Assembly: GCA_964353705.1 (NCBI GenBank)
Contig: CAYGXD010000003.1
Coordinates: 891-64,890, forward strand
DNA length: 64,000 bases
Direction of reading: 5' to 3'
From: an uncultured Eubacteriales bacterium
GTDB lineage: Bacteria > Acidobacteriota > Aminicenantia > Aminicenantales > UBA8522
The notes below the pieces were generated by a model, which was not told the DNA's origin, did no database searches, and saw only the letters and a program-made list of their open reading frames with translations. Both the position numbers and the translations under genes were made by a program. The first letter of the stretch is position 1. Every line of letters starts with the position of its first letter. Shown here one piece after another: positions 61,792 to 64,000 of this stretch.

Positions 61792-63741
61792 ATGATAAGG
61801 AAGATGTTTTGCCTGCTTGTGATTTTCGGGTTCATAGCCTGCGGAATCGCAGATGCGAAGATTGGGGCAGGAGACCAATCAAAATCTCAGCCAGGGCCCC
61901 GGCCCATAACGACGAACAAGGACAGAGTTCTCATGGCGGCCGTCCAGGCAAGGATCGCCGCGCCACAGCCCTCTCGAGGCTACATAACAACCTGGGACGG
62001 AAGGCCGAAGTTCGCGATAGGAATCGGAGGGATCAACTATAACCTCAAGCTTGGGGATCGAGTCTTCGGTTGGGCGGCCGCCGACCGGGCGACGGTCGGA
62101 GTCGCGGCGGAGGCCGTCGAGGAAGGCCGGTCCGGCAGGTCCTGGAACACGCTCACCTCGATCGGGAACGAAGTCAAAATCCTGACTGGCCAAGCGAGCG
62201 GCGAGAAGGGAGTCGTCATCGGCAAGTTCCTGGATATCGTCAGCTTCGGGAACTTCGACCTGATCCATTTCGACGACTCGGCCCTGGAGAAACTTGCGAT
62301 CGGAGACCTCGTCCAGGTGAAAGCCAGCGGGGCCGGGCTTGAGATCGAAGGTTTCAAGGACGTCTTCATCCACGGCCTGGCGCCCGATGTCCTTGAAAAA
62401 TTCGGCCTCCAGGATGTCGGCGGAAGGCTCGAGGTTCCCGTCGTTAAGGCGATCCCGGCCGAGATCATGGGACAGGGAGCTGGCATGGGCAGCCTCACCG
62501 GCGTCTGGCATATCCAGACCTGCTACTCTCCCGATATCAAAAAATACGGCCTGGACGAGCTTCGGTTCGGGGACCTTGTCCTGCTTCAAGACGTCCAGAC
62601 CGACTACGGCAAAGGCTATTACAAGGGGGGCGCCACGGTCGGAGTCGTGAGCAGCGGGCCGAGCGACATGTCGGGCCTGGGGATCGGAGTAACGCCGGTG
62701 CTCTCGACCAGGTTCGGCAAGCTCGTGCCGCGGATTGATCCGGGCTCGAATATCGGTCGTTATCTTGGCATAGAAATGGCGGCCGCGCGAATCGAAGCCG
62801 GCCGAATCTCTTCTTCCGAGGCGGCCGCTCCCCTCGCCCAAAAAGCCAAGAGCTCGCCATCCGGCCTCCTGAGGACCAACAAGGACGAGCTGATCATGAC
62901 GGCTGTCCAGGGAGTTGTTTCGCCCACGGAAGGCGCGGAGTATTCGACGAGCTACGACGGCCGACCGGTCCAGACACTCGGCATGGGTTCCATCAACTAT
63001 ACGGTTTCGATCGGAGATTCCACATACGGCTGGGCCGCCTCGGACCATGTGGAGCCCGACGTCACCATCCAGGGGCAGGAGAAGCCGTCCCCCTGGGAAG
63101 CAGCGGTGGCGTCACTCGCCTGTATCGGGAACGAGGCGCTTGTCATTTCGGGCGAGGCGACCGGATCCAAAGGGATCTATCTCGGAAGACACGCCGGTTC
63201 GGATGACAAAGTCTGGTTTCCCAAGGAAGTCAAGGAGAAACTCGCCCTGAACGACAAGGTCCAGGTCAGGGCCAAAGGAGTCGGGCTCAAGATCCTGGGC
63301 TTCGAGGATGTGAGGGTGAACAAGGTTTCTCCGGAGCTGCTCGAGAACATGGGGATCACGATCGAAGGCGGACAGCTGGTCGTCCCCGTGGTGATGGAAA
63401 TTCCCGCCCACATCATGGGCTCGGGGCTCGGGTTTCCGTTTATCGAGGCGCTGGATTACGATATTCAAACGACCTGCCCGGAAATCGTCGAGACGTACAA
63501 TCTCAAGAAACTCAGGCTGGGGGACGTGGTGGCGATCAGGGACGCCTATGATGTTTACGGCCCCGGCAGGTATGAAGGCGCGGTGACGATCGCCACCATC
63601 ATCCATGGTTTCAGCAATCTCTCCGGACACGGACCGGGCGTCAACGTGGTGCTGAGCGCGCTGCCTGGAAAGATCAAAACGCGCCTCGACCCGGAGGCCA
63701 ATACGGCCTATTATCTGGGGATTAGGGCCAGGCCCAGATAA
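61792..63741 (+). CDS. secreted protein of unknown function built from two homologous ~300 aa halves
   Basis: AAAGGAGGAAAC RBS. Signal peptide MIRKMFCLLVIFGFIACG. Half 1 (TNKDRVLMAAVQ...WDGRPKFAIGIGGINYNLKLGDRVFGWAAAD) is repeated as half 2 (TNKDELIMTAVQ...YDGRPVQTLGMGSINYTVSIGDSTYGWAASD), with further collinear matches (GEKGVVIGKF / GSKGIYLGRH; VPVVKAIPAEIMG / VPVVMEIPAHIMG). Confidence 0.6.
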   Translation: MIRKMFCLLVIFGFIACGIADAKIGAGDQSKSQPGPRPITTNKDRVLMAAVQARIAAPQPSRGYITTWDGRPKFAIGIGGINYNLKLGDRVFGWAAADRATVGVAAEAVEEGRSGRSWNTLTSIGNEVKILTGQASGEKGVVIGKFLDIVSFGNFDLIHFDDSALEKLAIGDLVQVKASGAGLEIEGFKDVFIHGLAPDVLEKFGLQDVGGRLEVPVVKAIPAEIMGQGAGMGSLTGVWHIQTCYSPDIKKYGLDELRFGDLVLLQDVQTDYGKGYYKGGATVGVVSSGPSDMSGLGIGVTPVLSTRFGKLVPRIDPGSNIGRYLGIEMAAARIEAGRISSSEAAAPLAQKAKSSPSGLLRTNKDELIMTAVQGVVSPTEGAEYSTSYDGRPVQTLGMGSINYTVSIGDSTYGWAASDHVEPDVTIQGQEKPSPWEAAVASLACIGNEALVISGEATGSKGIYLGRHAGSDDKVWFPKEVKEKLALNDKVQVRAKGVGLKILGFEDVRVNKVSPELLENMGITIEGGQLVVPVVMEIPAHIMGSGLGFPFIEALDYDIQTTCPEIVETYNLKKLRLGDVVAIRDAYDVYGPGRYEGAVTIATIIHGFSNLSGHGPGVNVVLSALPGKIKTRLDPEANTAYYLGIRARPR

Positions 63742-63932
63742 GGATATCGGCCTGCCGGGTGATATCCCCATGGCCATCACCCGGAGGCAATACCTGGGCT
63801 CAGTCGTGCAGCATGTCAAATTGAACTGGGAAGGCGACCCGCTGTGCCTCAGTTTTAGGGCGCGGCGCGGCTGGACCGGCTAATCTTCCTCGAAGAAATG
63901 AGCGCGGAGATCCTCTTCGGGCATTTCAATTC

Positions 63933-64000
63933 GCGAAGTCCTTTCCCAACCGATAGGCTTGCTCGAGCCAAGCGCGCCGCATCTCCGGGCTCGAAACGTC
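63933..64000 (-). CDS. 3-prime end of a paralog of the 58042..58308 gene (gene body lies beyond the window end)
   Basis: Minus translation ends ...EMRRAWLEQAYRLGKDFAN-stop. About 87% nt identity over ~60 nt with 58045..58105 and an identical C-terminal peptide RRAWLEQAYRLGKDFA. Confidence 0.4.

Overview
64 kb window from a roughly 60% GC bacterial chromosome, coding-dense, with a recurrent GAGAAAGGAG-type RBS. Many genes encode signal-peptide proteins built from PD40 beta-propeller, TPR and ankyrin repeats; this may be an Acidobacteria/Aminicenantes-like lineage, but taxonomy is not determinable from here. Recognisable housekeeping blocks are potABCD, glmS-glmU-lpxC, dnaG-rpoD-tRNA and rpiA-rpe. 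Several local oddities are reported separately: a block of seven consecutive secreted-protein genes with ankyrin fusions, a 650 bp hairpin-rich noncoding gap, an ArsA/GET3-like ATPase locus containing an inositol-lipid gene pair, an orphan larB, a truncated pgl, and a paralogous 3-prime end duplicated at the window edge. The most striking feature is a degraded accessory patch at about 49.5-52.7 kb, outlined by three same-orientation copies of a segment that translates to a GyrA C-terminal tail ending ...DKICSV(A/P)KAEE(S/R)-stop. Inside it are a winged-helix regulator plus membrane protein pair, a PIN toxin mosaic, hicAB, and two IS91-family transposase remnants. No CRISPR array, rRNA or intact integrase/transposase was found. 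All calls rest on translation, motif recognition and RBS inspection; nothing was searched against databases.
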